Source: a virus
Virus record (IMG/VR): IMGVR_UViG_3300027659_000011
Location: 64,413-128,412 of that record
Length of the DNA stretch: 64,000 nt
Direction: 5' to 3' (one strand)
Shown here: piece after piece, positions 10,837 to 21,806 of the stretch
Numbering within the stretch: position 1 is the first letter of the stretch
Layout: each line of letters begins with the position of its first letter
Program-made: the position numbers and the translations under genes
Notes under the pieces: model-generated
What the model saw: the letters and a program-made list of their open reading frames with translations, nothing else
Databases searched by the model: none
Told to the model about the DNA's origin: nothing

Positions 10837-12293
10837 TGGCAATTCAGGTTCAACTAAGACGCGGCACTGCAGCACAATGGTTTAGTGTCAACCCTATTCT
10901 TCAAGAAGGTGAGCTTTGCGTAGAATTAGATACACAAAAGTTTAAGATTGGTAATGGAATATTAGCTTGGAACTCCTTACCGTATGCTTCAGGGCCACTA
11001 GGTGCTACTGGTATACAAGGTCCACAAGGTAATGATGGTAACTTTGGCGGTTCATCGTTTGACTATACATTTGTTACTGATACAACAGATAGTGATCCTG
11101 GAGTAGGAAAATTAAAACTCAATAATGTTGCACTAAATCTTGCAACAATAATGTGGATTGACGATGTAAGTGATACTGCCGTAGATATTCAGGAATATTT
11201 AAGAACTATTGATAATTCTTCTTCTACTATAAAAGGTCACTTTAGAATTTCTAAGAAACTTAATGCTCAGGCATTTGCATTATTCGCAATATCTTCAATT
11301 AACGAAGGCGAAGGGTTTTTTCGTATAAATTCTTCTTTTGTTAGTGCAAGTGTTAATAGCCCTTTTGCAAATCTTGATGATGTAATTATTACTTTTGCTA
11401 GAACGGGTCTTCAAGGTGCTCAAGGTATTCAAGGTCCTCAAGGTAGTCAAGGTCTTCAGGGTTATTCAGGTGCAACAGGTCCACAAGGTATTCAAGGTAT
11501 TCAAGGTATTCAAGGTGTCAAAGGTGATCAAGGTATACAAGGACCTATAGGTAACGGATTTCCTTTTATAATCACTACTAGAAATTATACCGCAGATGGT
11601 ACTACAGCTACATTTGCTGTATCTGCAAATTTAGGAGCTAATAATTTATTAGTAACTGTTAATAATTCAATATTAAGACCCGCTATTGATTATACGGTTT
11701 TTAATAATAATATAGGCTTTACAGTAACCCCTACTAATGGAAGTCTAATTGTAATTAGAGAAATGCTTGGTGATGGCCCTCAAGGCGCTACAGGTAATGC
11801 CTCAATAGTACCAGGACCTCAAGGCTCCGTAGGACCTCAAGGCGATAACGGAGCAACTGGACCACAGGGTGCTACAGGTGCTCCTTCAATAGTACCAGGT
11901 GCTACAGGTACAATAGGTGCCACAGGTACAATAGGTGCCACAGGTATCATAGGGGCAACAGGAGTACAGGGTATTCAAGGACCAATTGGTCCAGTAGGTA
12001 CTACTCCCTACAGCATGGTAACAGAAGCTTTTACAGCAAATGGAAGTACAAATACTTTTACAATTAATCCTAACTTAACTGCTAATACTATTTTTGTGTT
12101 AGTTAATGGTGTAGTATTAAGACCTATTACTGATTATACCGTTTCTGGAACTACTTTAACAATTATTTCTCCGACACTAAATAGTGGAGCTCAGATAGTT
12201 GTCCGAGAGCTATTAGGTGACTCAGTAAGTGCTGAATCAATAGCACAAACTGCCACAGATTTAGCAATTGTAATGGCAATTGCACTAGGATAA
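10836..12293 (+). CDS. collagen-like fibre with Mtd/hyaluronidase-type N-terminal domain
   Basis: QLRRGTAAQW..NPIL..GE...ELDT.KFKIGNG...W..LPY followed by Gly-X-Y tracts. Confidence 0.8.
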   Translation: MAIQVQLRRGTAAQWFSVNPILQEGELCVELDTQKFKIGNGILAWNSLPYASGPLGATGIQGPQGNDGNFGGSSFDYTFVTDTTDSDPGVGKLKLNNVALNLATIMWIDDVSDTAVDIQEYLRTIDNSSSTIKGHFRISKKLNAQAFALFAISSINEGEGFFRINSSFVSASVNSPFANLDDVIITFARTGLQGAQGIQGPQGSQGLQGYSGATGPQGIQGIQGIQGVKGDQGIQGPIGNGFPFIITTRNYTADGTTATFAVSANLGANNLLVTVNNSILRPAIDYTVFNNNIGFTVTPTNGSLIVIREMLGDGPQGATGNASIVPGPQGSVGPQGDNGATGPQGATGAPSIVPGATGTIGATGTIGATGIIGATGVQGIQGPIGPVGTTPYSMVTEAFTANGSTNTFTINPNLTANTIFVLVNGVVLRPITDYTVSGTTLTIISPTLNSGAQIVVRELLGDSVSAESIAQTATDLAIVMAIALG

Positions 12294-12296
12294 AAT

Positions 12297-12617
12297 ATGG
12301 CAACAACATTTATAAATGCAATTTCAAAATCTGTAGGTTCTACTGAAGTAATTAATTTTACTGCTACCGATAAGTCAATTATTATTGGAGGTAATTTAAC
12401 TAACCTTCTTACTACTTCAGTACCTGTTAGTGTAATACTTCGCAGAGGCATTGAAGATACTTATCTTCAAAAGAATAAACGTATTGAGGCAGGTAATGCT
12501 TTTGAAATATTCAAAGGTAATAAACTAGTACTCGCAGCAGGGGATAAATTAATTATCTCTTCTGGCATGGCAGCCAGTATAGACGCTGTATTTTCTATAT
12601 TACAGGGAGTAGCATAA
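12297..12617 (+). CDS. small virion-associated protein
   Basis: 106 aa; GNKLVL..GD motif common in fibre-adjacent phage genes. Confidence 0.6.
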   Translation: MATTFINAISKSVGSTEVINFTATDKSIIIGGNLTNLLTTSVPVSVILRRGIEDTYLQKNKRIEAGNAFEIFKGNKLVLAAGDKLIISSGMAASIDAVFSILQGVA

Positions 12618-12886
12618 TGGCTGGAACTTTTGAACCAGATACTTTCCTTGATACAGCTACAGAAATAGCTGACAAGGTATTTTACGGTTTTAATTTTAAT
12701 CCCACAACTGGGAAATTATACGTTGATATTCTGGATGGCAATGAGCCTGTTACTCTGCCTCAACCAGTATATAACATAGATAGAAATCAATACCAAGCAT
12801 GGTTTTGGTCAAAGAATAGCGTACTATTTTACTGGGGTGACAATAGTACAGTATGGAAAAATAAATTATTAATGAGGCTTCTATAA
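12617..12886 (+). CDS. hypothetical protein
   Basis: 89 aa ORF with TAATG coupling on both sides. Confidence 0.6.
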   Translation: MAGTFEPDTFLDTATEIADKVFYGFNFNPTTGKLYVDILDGNEPVTLPQPVYNIDRNQYQAWFWSKNSVLFYWGDNSTVWKNKLLMRLL

Positions 12887-15762
12887 TGGGACAAATTCTT
12901 GACTTAGGAAAATTACGCCTATCTTTTCAAGGCAACTGGTCGTCAACTACTATATATGAATATAACGACTGTGTTCGCTACGGTGGTAATGTTTATGTTT
13001 ACGTGTACCCTGTTAATGAAGCCGGACGTATACCAACTCTTACCAATTTTTGGTCTTTGTTGGTAGAAGGTATAAAATTTACAGGTGTATATAGCGCTTC
13101 AACAGCTTATAAAGTTGGTGATGGTATTGCATATGGTGGTAGAGTGTATATTGCTATTGCTGATGGCACTAACAACACCCCTCCTAATCTTACATATTGG
13201 TCTCAGTTTGCTGACGGTATTCAATATGAAGCTACCTATTCAGACGCAACTACATACCAAAAAAATGACGTTGTAACATATGGTGGATCAGCATATATAT
13301 CTAAAATAGATACCACTGGAAATAATCCTATAAATACAACATATTGGGATAAACTAGTAGATGGTATATCTTTTGCAGGAACATGGAGTTCAGCAACAGC
13401 TTATGCTGCAGGAAGAATTGTCAGCTATGGTGCTAATACTTTTAAAGCAACCACTAATTCAACTAACCAATTACCTACAGTAGCTAATGGTAGTTTGAAT
13501 TCCGCATACTGGGAAGTATTTACGGAAGGTTTCCGTACAAAAGGTACTTGGACAACTACTACTGAATACTTTATAAATGATATTGTTATTCGTGGTGGAA
13601 CAACCTATGTATGTCTTTTAAGACACCAAGCCTCAACTTTTGCCACAGATTTAAGTGCTTCTAGATGGGCCAGATTTGCGAGCGGTATTCAGTGGAAAGC
13701 TGCTTGGACAGCTACTACAGTTTATGTTAAAGATGACGTTATTAAAAGTGCAACAGGTAGTGTTTACATAGCTGCTCAAGATCACACTGCTGGTTCAGAT
13801 TTTACTGTTGATTTTGCAGCTGGTAAATGGCAAGAATTTGTAGTTGGTGCTTCAGATTTATTGCCTGCTCTTGAAGCAGGAGATGCTGGTAGAAGTTTAA
13901 CAGTTAATGCTGCCGGTAACGGCGTAGACTGGATAGGAGCTACTGAAAGTCTTAATGTAAGATATGTAGCCCCACATGGAACAGACACAGCAGCTAGCGG
14001 TAAAAATAAATCTACTCCTTATGCTTCTATTCGATATGCTTGTGATAATATTGGCAATAATGGTGGTACAATTTTTGTTAGTACAGGTATTTATAACGAA
14101 CAATTACCTATAACAGTTCCAGCAAACGTAGCTATTGTTGGAGATAACCAACGTACTGTAGTTGTTCAGCCTAAATCTGGAAACAGCGATGACGGGTCTG
14201 TTTTAAACATTAACTCTTCTATGTTTTTTATGAACGATGGTTCTATTTTAAACAGAATGACGTTTAAGGGTATGACTGGCTGGGTTCCTGGAACTACTGC
14301 TGCAGACATTACAACTTCGACTATAAGAGGCGTAGTAGTAAGATTAAATCCTAGTGCCCCTATATTGTTTAAATCTCCTTATGTATTAGAATGTTCTTTT
14401 ATTGGATCTGGTGCTGTTGCCGCCCTAGTTGATGGCAGTGTTAATGCACAGGGTAATAAGAGTATGATATTCCATGCGTTTACTGTTATTAATGATAATG
14501 GTGTAGGTTTTTGGGTAAAAGATGGCGGTAAAGCTGAAATTGTTAGTTGTTTTACTTACTATAACTATTTTGGATACAGTGCTAGCGGTGGTGGATTTAT
14601 TCGCTCACTTAATGGTAACAACAGCTACGGGACCTGGGGAGCAACCAGCCGAGGATTTTTAGCAGGTGAAACACCTGTAACTGGTAGTGTATTTGGGCAA
14701 CAAATAAACTTCTTGTACCAAGGCGGCAACATTGCAGTAGGCGATACAGTTACTAATACTGCTACAGCTGCTACAGCCACAGTAACTAATGTACAGGCTA
14801 ATGCTAATAAAGTTTATGTTACTGGTGCTAGTGGAACATTTACACTAGGTAATCCACTAACATTTACAAGTGGCGGTACGGGTGTTGTAAGTGCCGGTGC
14901 TTTAGAGGATCAAAAAGGATTTATACTAGTAGTAACAGGTTTAGCTACTTTACCTAATCCTGGAGCCTCTATTACTATTGCAGGCGATACAATTAGTTAT
15001 GTTATACAAAGTGTAACAGGTACTTATGTAGATGCTACAAGTAAAATAGCTATAGTATTAGCTCAAGAAAAACCCACTGGAAGTCCAAGTGGTTCTTCTG
15101 TTACAATAAGATATAAATATTCACAAATTCGTTTAACAGGACATGACTTTTTAAGTATTGGTACGGGTGGAACAACTACTACTAATTATCCAAATACTCC
15201 TACTCAACCAAGTGCTCAAGGTAATGAAGTTGATGAGGCATACCCTGGTCGTGTTTACTTTGTGTCTACTGACCAAGATGGTAATTTCCGCGTAGGTGAG
15301 TACTTCCGTATTGATCAAGCCACTGGTAGAGCAACTCTAAATGCTAGTGCCTTTGATTTAGCAGGTTTAACTAGTTTAAAACTAGGATCAATTGGAGCAC
15401 AGTTAGGAGAACTAATTAATGAGTTTTCAAGTGACGGCACTCTAAGTGGTAATTCGAATACTGCAGTACCTACTGAATTTGCTGTAAAAACTTATGTAGA
15501 TAATAACGCAGGGGATAAAACTGTTAATTATACCAGTGTCAGTAATGTTGTTTATAGCACTATCAACGGTGCTCCAAGAGTAACCCAGATAGCAGATACT
15601 ACTGGCGTTACTATTAGTAATGTTACTTATGATATCATTGGTCTAGTGATACCACAAACTGTAGTAAAAACTTACCAAGAAGTAAAACAAGGGGTTACAA
15701 AATCAGTTACCCTTACATACAATGATGCTGATTCTAGCATACGGACTATTACAGTGGTTTAA
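12886..15762 (+). CDS. large tail fibre/spike with carbohydrate-binding (CBM5/12-like) repeats and a beta-helix-like region
   Basis: Repeated W...T.Y...D.V.YGG..Y units, then YVAPHGTD...P.ASI..A...G.Y.E pectin-lyase-like start. Confidence 0.7.
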   Translation: MGQILDLGKLRLSFQGNWSSTTIYEYNDCVRYGGNVYVYVYPVNEAGRIPTLTNFWSLLVEGIKFTGVYSASTAYKVGDGIAYGGRVYIAIADGTNNTPPNLTYWSQFADGIQYEATYSDATTYQKNDVVTYGGSAYISKIDTTGNNPINTTYWDKLVDGISFAGTWSSATAYAAGRIVSYGANTFKATTNSTNQLPTVANGSLNSAYWEVFTEGFRTKGTWTTTTEYFINDIVIRGGTTYVCLLRHQASTFATDLSASRWARFASGIQWKAAWTATTVYVKDDVIKSATGSVYIAAQDHTAGSDFTVDFAAGKWQEFVVGASDLLPALEAGDAGRSLTVNAAGNGVDWIGATESLNVRYVAPHGTDTAASGKNKSTPYASIRYACDNIGNNGGTIFVSTGIYNEQLPITVPANVAIVGDNQRTVVVQPKSGNSDDGSVLNINSSMFFMNDGSILNRMTFKGMTGWVPGTTAADITTSTIRGVVVRLNPSAPILFKSPYVLECSFIGSGAVAALVDGSVNAQGNKSMIFHAFTVINDNGVGFWVKDGGKAEIVSCFTYYNYFGYSASGGGFIRSLNGNNSYGTWGATSRGFLAGETPVTGSVFGQQINFLYQGGNIAVGDTVTNTATAATATVTNVQANANKVYVTGASGTFTLGNPLTFTSGGTGVVSAGALEDQKGFILVVTGLATLPNPGASITIAGDTISYVIQSVTGTYVDATSKIAIVLAQEKPTGSPSGSSVTIRYKYSQIRLTGHDFLSIGTGGTTTTNYPNTPTQPSAQGNEVDEAYPGRVYFVSTDQDGNFRVGEYFRIDQATGRATLNASAFDLAGLTSLKLGSIGAQLGELINEFSSDGTLSGNSNTAVPTEFAVKTYVDNNAGDKTVNYTSVSNVVYSTINGAPRVTQIADTTGVTISNVTYDIIGLVIPQTVVKTYQEVKQGVTKSVTLTYNDADSSIRTITVV

Positions 15763-15772
15763 GGAATTAAAT

Positions 15773-16756
15773 ATGTCAGATATATTATTACATAACGCTA
15801 TCGCTAAAGGAACTAGAGATATGCGTGTAAATCTCTTAGGGGCGCCAACAGAACTTGCACCCCTATTAAATAATCCTAACTGCTATCCTATATGGGCATC
15901 TTTGCCACCAAAAATACCTACACCCGCAGGTAATTTGTGCGTATATGATGCAGGTGCGTTTTTTAGAGGTGGAGGTACCTGTACTTGGACAGTACCTGCA
16001 GGTATTACAAAGGCACGATTTGAACTTTGGGGTGCTGGAGCAGGTAGCCAAGGAGGCAATTGTTGTAGCCATGGACCAATAGGTAACTCAGGATCTTATG
16101 CTAGTGTTTGCATGACGGTTACTCCAGGAACCGCCTATGTGCTATGTGCAGGTGCTGCAAGCACAGTAGTATCATGCTGTGAAGTAAGTTGTGATATTAG
16201 TGGATGCCCTAGTTATGTTACTGGTCCAGGTTTAACAAATTTTTGTGCTCTGGGTGGTTGTGCTAATCTGTTGTATACTATGTGCCAAATAGGTAATGTA
16301 ACAGCCGTTGCTAATAACAGATACGCTGGTCATGGATATGGTTGGGGTAGTACCGGTGTACAGATCTGCGGAGATGGATTTGGTGCTATGCGAAATAGTA
16401 GTACTAGGACTTTTGGTGTATTGCGTAGAGACTTTTTACGTGCAACAAGCTTTTTTGGTACTGCTACTAACGCCACAGTTTATGGTCTTAAAAGCCAAAA
16501 TGCAGCTATGATGGCTCAGTATGATATGTATGGTTGCGTTTGTACATACTCATTACCATTACCAAGTGGAGCAATGAGTCCAATTGTATGCGAGAGCTTT
16601 TCCAGCGGTACTTGTCAAGGTAGTCGTTGTGCGGCTTGCCTTGGTTATGCTTTAATTCCTGGGCACGGAGGATGGTGGACTAATATCCAGGGAGGCTCCA
16701 CAAATGGTACAGGTGATTGGGGTCGCACTGGCATGGTAAAAGTTAGTTGGGCATAA
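15773..16756 (+). CDS. Cys/Gly-rich tail-associated protein
   Basis: CTWTVPAG...FELWGAG...GNCC; start placed at MSDILLH after AAGGA RBS. Confidence 0.65.
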   Translation: MSDILLHNAIAKGTRDMRVNLLGAPTELAPLLNNPNCYPIWASLPPKIPTPAGNLCVYDAGAFFRGGGTCTWTVPAGITKARFELWGAGAGSQGGNCCSHGPIGNSGSYASVCMTVTPGTAYVLCAGAASTVVSCCEVSCDISGCPSYVTGPGLTNFCALGGCANLLYTMCQIGNVTAVANNRYAGHGYGWGSTGVQICGDGFGAMRNSSTRTFGVLRRDFLRATSFFGTATNATVYGLKSQNAAMMAQYDMYGCVCTYSLPLPSGAMSPIVCESFSSGTCQGSRCAACLGYALIPGHGGWWTNIQGGSTNGTGDWGRTGMVKVSWA

Positions 16757-16766
16757 GGTATAAATC

Positions 16767-17432
16767 ATGGAAAAAACTTTAACAATAAAAATACCCAACA
16801 AACTTTGGGTAAATGACTTTTCAGAAAATAAAACTGCTGATTTTACATACTCAGGACCAGACAAAGTATGGTTTTTAATTGAAAAAACAGACATTAGCGT
16901 ATTTGTTAATCCCGTTACACATCTAACAGAACCACAAGTACGTGAAAATGAAGTTGCAGTAGCCGTTGAAATAGCTACTGCAACTGAAGCTGAATTAGCC
17001 GCAGCAATTATTTTACAACCAGAGTCAACACCTTATGTATACACTCATACTAAACAAGTAAACTATGATGGAAGCGTATATTATAAAATAGCTAATCCTA
17101 AGCTAAAAGATTATTACAGTGTGGCAAGCAGCCCCGTAGGTGATTTATCTTTAGCATTAGTAGCAAAAGATACACTAAATCCTAATCTAATGCCTGCAAT
17201 AAAGAAACAGCAGCTAATAGAAAAGTACCTAGCAGATCACGAGTTTGATACAGAAGATCGTACAAAAATAGAAGCACTTTTAGTAATTATTTCAGATTAT
17301 GTAACTAAAAATAGAACAGCGTATCCTTGGGAATTTATTAATATTCCAAATGATATTCCTGAAATACCCCCTGAGCTAATGGCTTTATTTAATACATTAC
17401 CTCCTGCAGCAGCTTTACCTGCTGAAGTATAA
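16767..17432 (+). CDS. hypothetical protein (possible fibre chaperone)
   Basis: 221 aa ORF between the two Cys-rich paralogs. Confidence 0.6.
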   Translation: MEKTLTIKIPNKLWVNDFSENKTADFTYSGPDKVWFLIEKTDISVFVNPVTHLTEPQVRENEVAVAVEIATATEAELAAAIILQPESTPYVYTHTKQVNYDGSVYYKIANPKLKDYYSVASSPVGDLSLALVAKDTLNPNLMPAIKKQQLIEKYLADHEFDTEDRTKIEALLVIISDYVTKNRTAYPWEFINIPNDIPEIPPELMALFNTLPPAAALPAEV

Positions 17433-17447
17433 ACTTAAGGAACAAAG

Positions 17448-18533
17448 ATGAGTGATATATTAACAAGTTCAGCAATGATTGAAAATCAAAAAACTTTGGT
17501 AAACTATTTAAGTTCGCTAGGGGGAAGCGGTTTGCCAACACTAACAACTGATGCTGGTTTTAGAGGTGTTACAGGAACTTTAACAGGTTGGCCTCTTTTA
17601 CAAACTAAAAATTGGTGTTGTATTCCGCTTAATGCAGGGGTCTCTCTGCCTGTAGATGCTTGGAAATGCTGGGTTAGTCCGAACATTGAAATTCGAACAA
17701 ATGGTTTTAAAGTATGTAATACTGATGGAAGCTATTGGAGATGCGATGCTAGTTGTACGTGGACCGTACCTGCAGGCGTAACTAGTGCTCAATTTCAAAT
17801 ATGGGGCCCTGGAGGCGGTAATAGTGGGCAATGTTGCTGCGGAGGTGCTCCTTTTGGACCAAGCGGTGCATATATGCTAGCAAAAATGAATGTAACTGCT
17901 GGTGACGTGTTTACACTGTGCGCAGGATGTGCATATTGTTGTTATGCTGATCAAACAACTCCAGGACTTAATGGTTCACCTAGTTATATTACTGGCCCAG
18001 GCATAAGTATTTGCGCTACAGCTGGTAGAGGGTGTACAAGTTGCTGGTCTAAAGATGTTGGTCAGTTAACAAATGCTAATAATATTTGGTATCCATCGCA
18101 GGATGGTTGTGCTGCTACCTCGTGCTCAGGATTTAATTTCTGTTGGGATACTAGTGATGACAACAACTATGTGCCTCATGCTTTCTCCGAAAACGCTCAG
18201 TGGTGTGTAAAATGTGCTGATACAGCCAAAAATCAAACCTACTGGGGCGTACAAGGACTATGGCCTGCAATGGCTCTAGGTTCAAGCATCAGCAGTTGTT
18301 TTCATTCAATATCTACACCCGTGGTTGGCTTTGAAGAGTGTACCCTAGAATTTAATTTCCCTAGTGGTTCTAGTTGTCAAGGTGGAGGATTTGGCGGATG
18401 TTATTGGGGTGGTCCTAGTGGAAGCCTTCGTATTCCTGGAGCAGGCGGAATGGCATTAGCAATGGTCGGAGGTGGTGCCGCCATAGGTGGAGATAGTGGA
18501 CGATTTGGTATGGTTTGTGTTAGTTGGAATTAA
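17448..18533 (+). CDS. Cys/Gly-rich tail-associated protein, paralog of 15773..16756
   Basis: CTWTVPAG...FQIWGPG...QCCCGG; shared G.GMV.VSW C-terminus. Confidence 0.65.
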   Translation: MSDILTSSAMIENQKTLVNYLSSLGGSGLPTLTTDAGFRGVTGTLTGWPLLQTKNWCCIPLNAGVSLPVDAWKCWVSPNIEIRTNGFKVCNTDGSYWRCDASCTWTVPAGVTSAQFQIWGPGGGNSGQCCCGGAPFGPSGAYMLAKMNVTAGDVFTLCAGCAYCCYADQTTPGLNGSPSYITGPGISICATAGRGCTSCWSKDVGQLTNANNIWYPSQDGCAATSCSGFNFCWDTSDDNNYVPHAFSENAQWCVKCADTAKNQTYWGVQGLWPAMALGSSISSCFHSISTPVVGFEECTLEFNFPSGSSCQGGGFGGCYWGGPSGSLRIPGAGGMALAMVGGGAAIGGDSGRFGMVCVSWN

Positions 18534-18561
18534 AGAAAAACAAAATTAATAATAATTATTT

Positions 18562-19602
18562 ATGAAAAAAGCATTTGTAATAAATGGGGGAGCAGGCAGA
18601 GTGTTATGCGCACTGCCTGCTTTAGAATACTATAAAAATAATATCGACAAAGATGTAGTTATTATTGCTGAAGCATGGCCTGAGTTATTTTTACTCAGTC
18701 CAACTTTAAGAAATAATGTATATCATGTTGCCCATAAAAATCTTTTTGAACAAAAACTAAAAGATAGAGAAATTGAATGTCCTGAACCTTACAGATTAAA
18801 TGCTTATTTTAATCAAAAAGCTAATCTTATTCAGGCTTTTGATAAAATTATAAACAACTTAGAAAGCGTACCAAGCTCTAAACCGATCAATTTAGAGCTT
18901 GGTAAAGCCGAACAAGTATATGGATATAATTTAGTAAATCAAGTAAAAGCACAACTTGGAAAAGAAAAGTGTGTAGTATTTCAGCCCTTTGGTAGTGGAG
19001 TACGACTAGAAGGTAATTTTGTATTTGATACTAGTGGTAGAAGTTTTGAACTAAATGACGTTATTAAAATAGTAACAGATCTTAATAAAAATTATGCTGT
19101 AATATTAATGCTTCCTTTTAAGATACCTACAGATAGGGAAATAAATGCAGCAGTTCCAGAAAATATAGATTTAGTTAAATGGGCAGGAGTTATCAAAGCT
19201 TGTGACTACTTTTTAGGATGTGATAGTGTTGGGCAACATTTAGCTCATGCTTTAAATAAACCTACTACAGTTGTAATAGGCTCAACATTTCCTGAAAATA
19301 TATCTTATCCCGATAACAAAAATTTCAATATTATTGATAATGGAAAAGCAACAAGAACATATACTCCAATTAGATTAACTCATGATACAGATGCTGAAAG
19401 AAACAATGAAGATTCAATGATTCTTAGCACCGATACTTACACTAAAATTATTAAAAGTGTAGAAAATAAACTAGGTGTTAGTAAAGTCAAAAAAGATTTT
19501 ACTACAAACGTTAAACCAATAAACACTCAAGCTCAAAGTATGCCAAATTTTGCAAAAAAGGCTACTAGTTTGATTGAAGATGTAATTGCTAAAGAGGCAT
19601 AA
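18562..19602 (+). CDS. GT9-like (heptosyltransferase-type) glycosyltransferase
   Basis: INGGAG N-terminus and DYFLGCDSVGQHLAHALNKPTTVVIG matching the GT9 DSG..H.A.A...P motif. Confidence 0.7.
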   Translation: MKKAFVINGGAGRVLCALPALEYYKNNIDKDVVIIAEAWPELFLLSPTLRNNVYHVAHKNLFEQKLKDREIECPEPYRLNAYFNQKANLIQAFDKIINNLESVPSSKPINLELGKAEQVYGYNLVNQVKAQLGKEKCVVFQPFGSGVRLEGNFVFDTSGRSFELNDVIKIVTDLNKNYAVILMLPFKIPTDREINAAVPENIDLVKWAGVIKACDYFLGCDSVGQHLAHALNKPTTVVIGSTFPENISYPDNKNFNIIDNGKATRTYTPIRLTHDTDAERNNEDSMILSTDTYTKIIKSVENKLGVSKVKKDFTTNVKPINTQAQSMPNFAKKATSLIEDVIAKEA

Positions 19603-21402
19603 ATGGAAAAAACAGGATATATACTTGGAATTAGTCGTGGACATAATGCAGGAGCATGTTTATTAAAAGATGGTAAAATTATTTTTGCTATTGAAGAAGA
19701 ACGACTAAGTAGAGCTAAGTATGATGGTGGACCCTATGCCGCTATGATTAAAGTAAAAGAGTACACTGATAAAGTAGATTTTATTGTAGTTTCACATACT
19801 CAAAGCTTAAAAGAAACTTGCGGTAAAGTTGATTTTTATGGGGATAATATCTATGCAGGACTTGCACGAAAATTAGGTCTAATTGACGGCAGATTAGGAA
19901 CTCCTGATGAACACCCTCAAGTAATTGATCTTAGTAGTCAACACCATAAAATTCATGCAGCAGCAGCATTTTATCGTAGTGGATTTGAAGAGGCAATAGC
20001 AGTTATTGTAGATGGAGCAGGTAGTGCACTGCCAGCTACCTATAAAAATGAACCTATTATTTTATGGGAAGTAGAATCTATTATTGATTGCGAGTATACA
20101 AAACCTTTTAAAACACTATACAAACACTACGCTTCTAGAAGTGCTGTACCTGTATATCATAACTTAGAAGAGTCTAGCGATAAACTAGGTGAAGAAGGTA
20201 CTCATGAAGTATTAATGAGTGGACATGCAGGAATTACTAAAGTTTATGAAGCTGTTACAGAATATTGTGGTTTTCAAGCTATTGAAGCCGGAAAAACTAT
20301 GGGATTATTTCCATATGGTAAACCCAATGATAATATTCCAAAATTATTTAATTCTGATACTAGAATACCTCTTTCAAATGCTAATGTTGTTGTGCCACAA
20401 ATGCCTAATGGGGCAGAAGTTAGTCATATGGCGTATGAAGAGTTACAGACACCTTTTAGTATTGATAATCCCACACTACTACAAAATCGTAGAGACCTTG
20501 CTTATGCTTGTCAAACGGAAACTCAAGAACAAGTTCTTAACCTTATCTTAAAAGGTGTAGAAACTAGCGGTAAAAATAAAGTAGTGTTAAGTGGTGGTTA
20601 TGCTTTAAACTGTGTGGCAAACTACTATTACTTAACAGAATTACATAAACGTGGCATTGAATTATATGTTGAGCCTGTTTCTAATGATGGTGGTACGGCT
20701 ATTGGTGCCGCCTTGGTATTCTATCATATGACGGAACCTGATGCAGTTAATGTAAAACATCCACGAGAAATATACTTAGGACCTGAATACAACTATTCTG
20801 AACAAGATATTGCTAAACTTGCTCATAAATATGATGCAGAAATTAGCGATACTACTAAAGAAGATGTAGTCGACTTAATGACTACAAAAAACATAGTTGC
20901 AATGTTTCAAGGCAGATCTGAAAACGGTCCACGTGCCTTAGGCAATCGCAGTTTGATGTTTGACCCTACGTTCCCAGACGGCAAAGATTTTGTAAATGAA
21001 ATTAAGCATCGTGAGTACTTTAGACCTTTTGCAGGATCTATATTAGAAGAAGATGTTCATGAATGGTTTGATCTTCGCGGTATGCCAAATAGCCCACACA
21101 TGATGTATGCTGTTAACTGTCAACCAGGTGTCGAAGAAAAAATTCCTTCAATTATTCATGTTGATGGTACTTGCCGTATCCAAACAGTTACACGAGAAGA
21201 AAACCCACACTACTATGATGTAATTAAAGCTTTTAAAGATAAAACTGGTATTCCTATTATCTTTAACACAAGCTTTAACTTAGGTGGTGAACCTTTGGTA
21301 GAAACTCTTGATGATGCTCTGTGGACCTTAAGTAAATCTGGTATTGACTATTTGTACTTACCAGAGTATAATAAACTTTTAACAGTTAAAACTAAACAAT
21401 GA
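19603..21402 (+). CDS. carbamoyltransferase (NodU/CmcH family)
   Basis: EEERLSR.K, H..H, VDG.G, GK.MGL, GG.ALNC, GPRALGNRS, RE.FRPFA, NTSFN..GEP. Confidence 0.92.
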   Translation: MEKTGYILGISRGHNAGACLLKDGKIIFAIEEERLSRAKYDGGPYAAMIKVKEYTDKVDFIVVSHTQSLKETCGKVDFYGDNIYAGLARKLGLIDGRLGTPDEHPQVIDLSSQHHKIHAAAAFYRSGFEEAIAVIVDGAGSALPATYKNEPIILWEVESIIDCEYTKPFKTLYKHYASRSAVPVYHNLEESSDKLGEEGTHEVLMSGHAGITKVYEAVTEYCGFQAIEAGKTMGLFPYGKPNDNIPKLFNSDTRIPLSNANVVVPQMPNGAEVSHMAYEELQTPFSIDNPTLLQNRRDLAYACQTETQEQVLNLILKGVETSGKNKVVLSGGYALNCVANYYYLTELHKRGIELYVEPVSNDGGTAIGAALVFYHMTEPDAVNVKHPREIYLGPEYNYSEQDIAKLAHKYDAEISDTTKEDVVDLMTTKNIVAMFQGRSENGPRALGNRSLMFDPTFPDGKDFVNEIKHREYFRPFAGSILEEDVHEWFDLRGMPNSPHMMYAVNCQPGVEEKIPSIIHVDGTCRIQTVTREENPHYYDVIKAFKDKTGIPIIFNTSFNLGGEPLVETLDDALWTLSKSGIDYLYLPEYNKLLTVKTKQ

Positions 21403-21806
21403 AAATTTTTGTAAACGGCACTTTTGACGTTTTACATCCAGGACACCTAGACTTGCTGAACTACGCAAAAAGTCTAGGTGACTTTTTACTGGTTGCAATT
21501 GATTCGGATAGTAGAGTCGCCAGCAAAAAGGGTTTGGATAGACCTGTCAACCCACAATATAATAGAGTTAAACTACTAGAAAATCTCAAGGCGGTTGATG
21601 AAGTAGTTGTGTTTGACAGCGACATAGAACTAGCACAAACAGTAAAAATACTTAGACCTGACATAATGATTGTTGGATCAGATTATAAAGATAAAACCGT
21701 AATTGGTTCGGAATATGCAAAGCAACTTAGATTCTATAATAGAACAACACCTTTCTCAAGTACCCAAATCTTGGAAGATTTTATTAATAGGCGACACTTG
21801 TGTTGA
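21399..21806 (+). CDS. heptose-1-phosphate adenylyltransferase (HldC/RfaE domain II type)
   Basis: NGTFDVLHPGH, KG..RP, G.DY, SST motifs. Confidence 0.85.
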   Translation: MKIFVNGTFDVLHPGHLDLLNYAKSLGDFLLVAIDSDSRVASKKGLDRPVNPQYNRVKLLENLKAVDEVVVFDSDIELAQTVKILRPDIMIVGSDYKDKTVIGSEYAKQLRFYNRTTPFSSTQILEDFINRRHLC

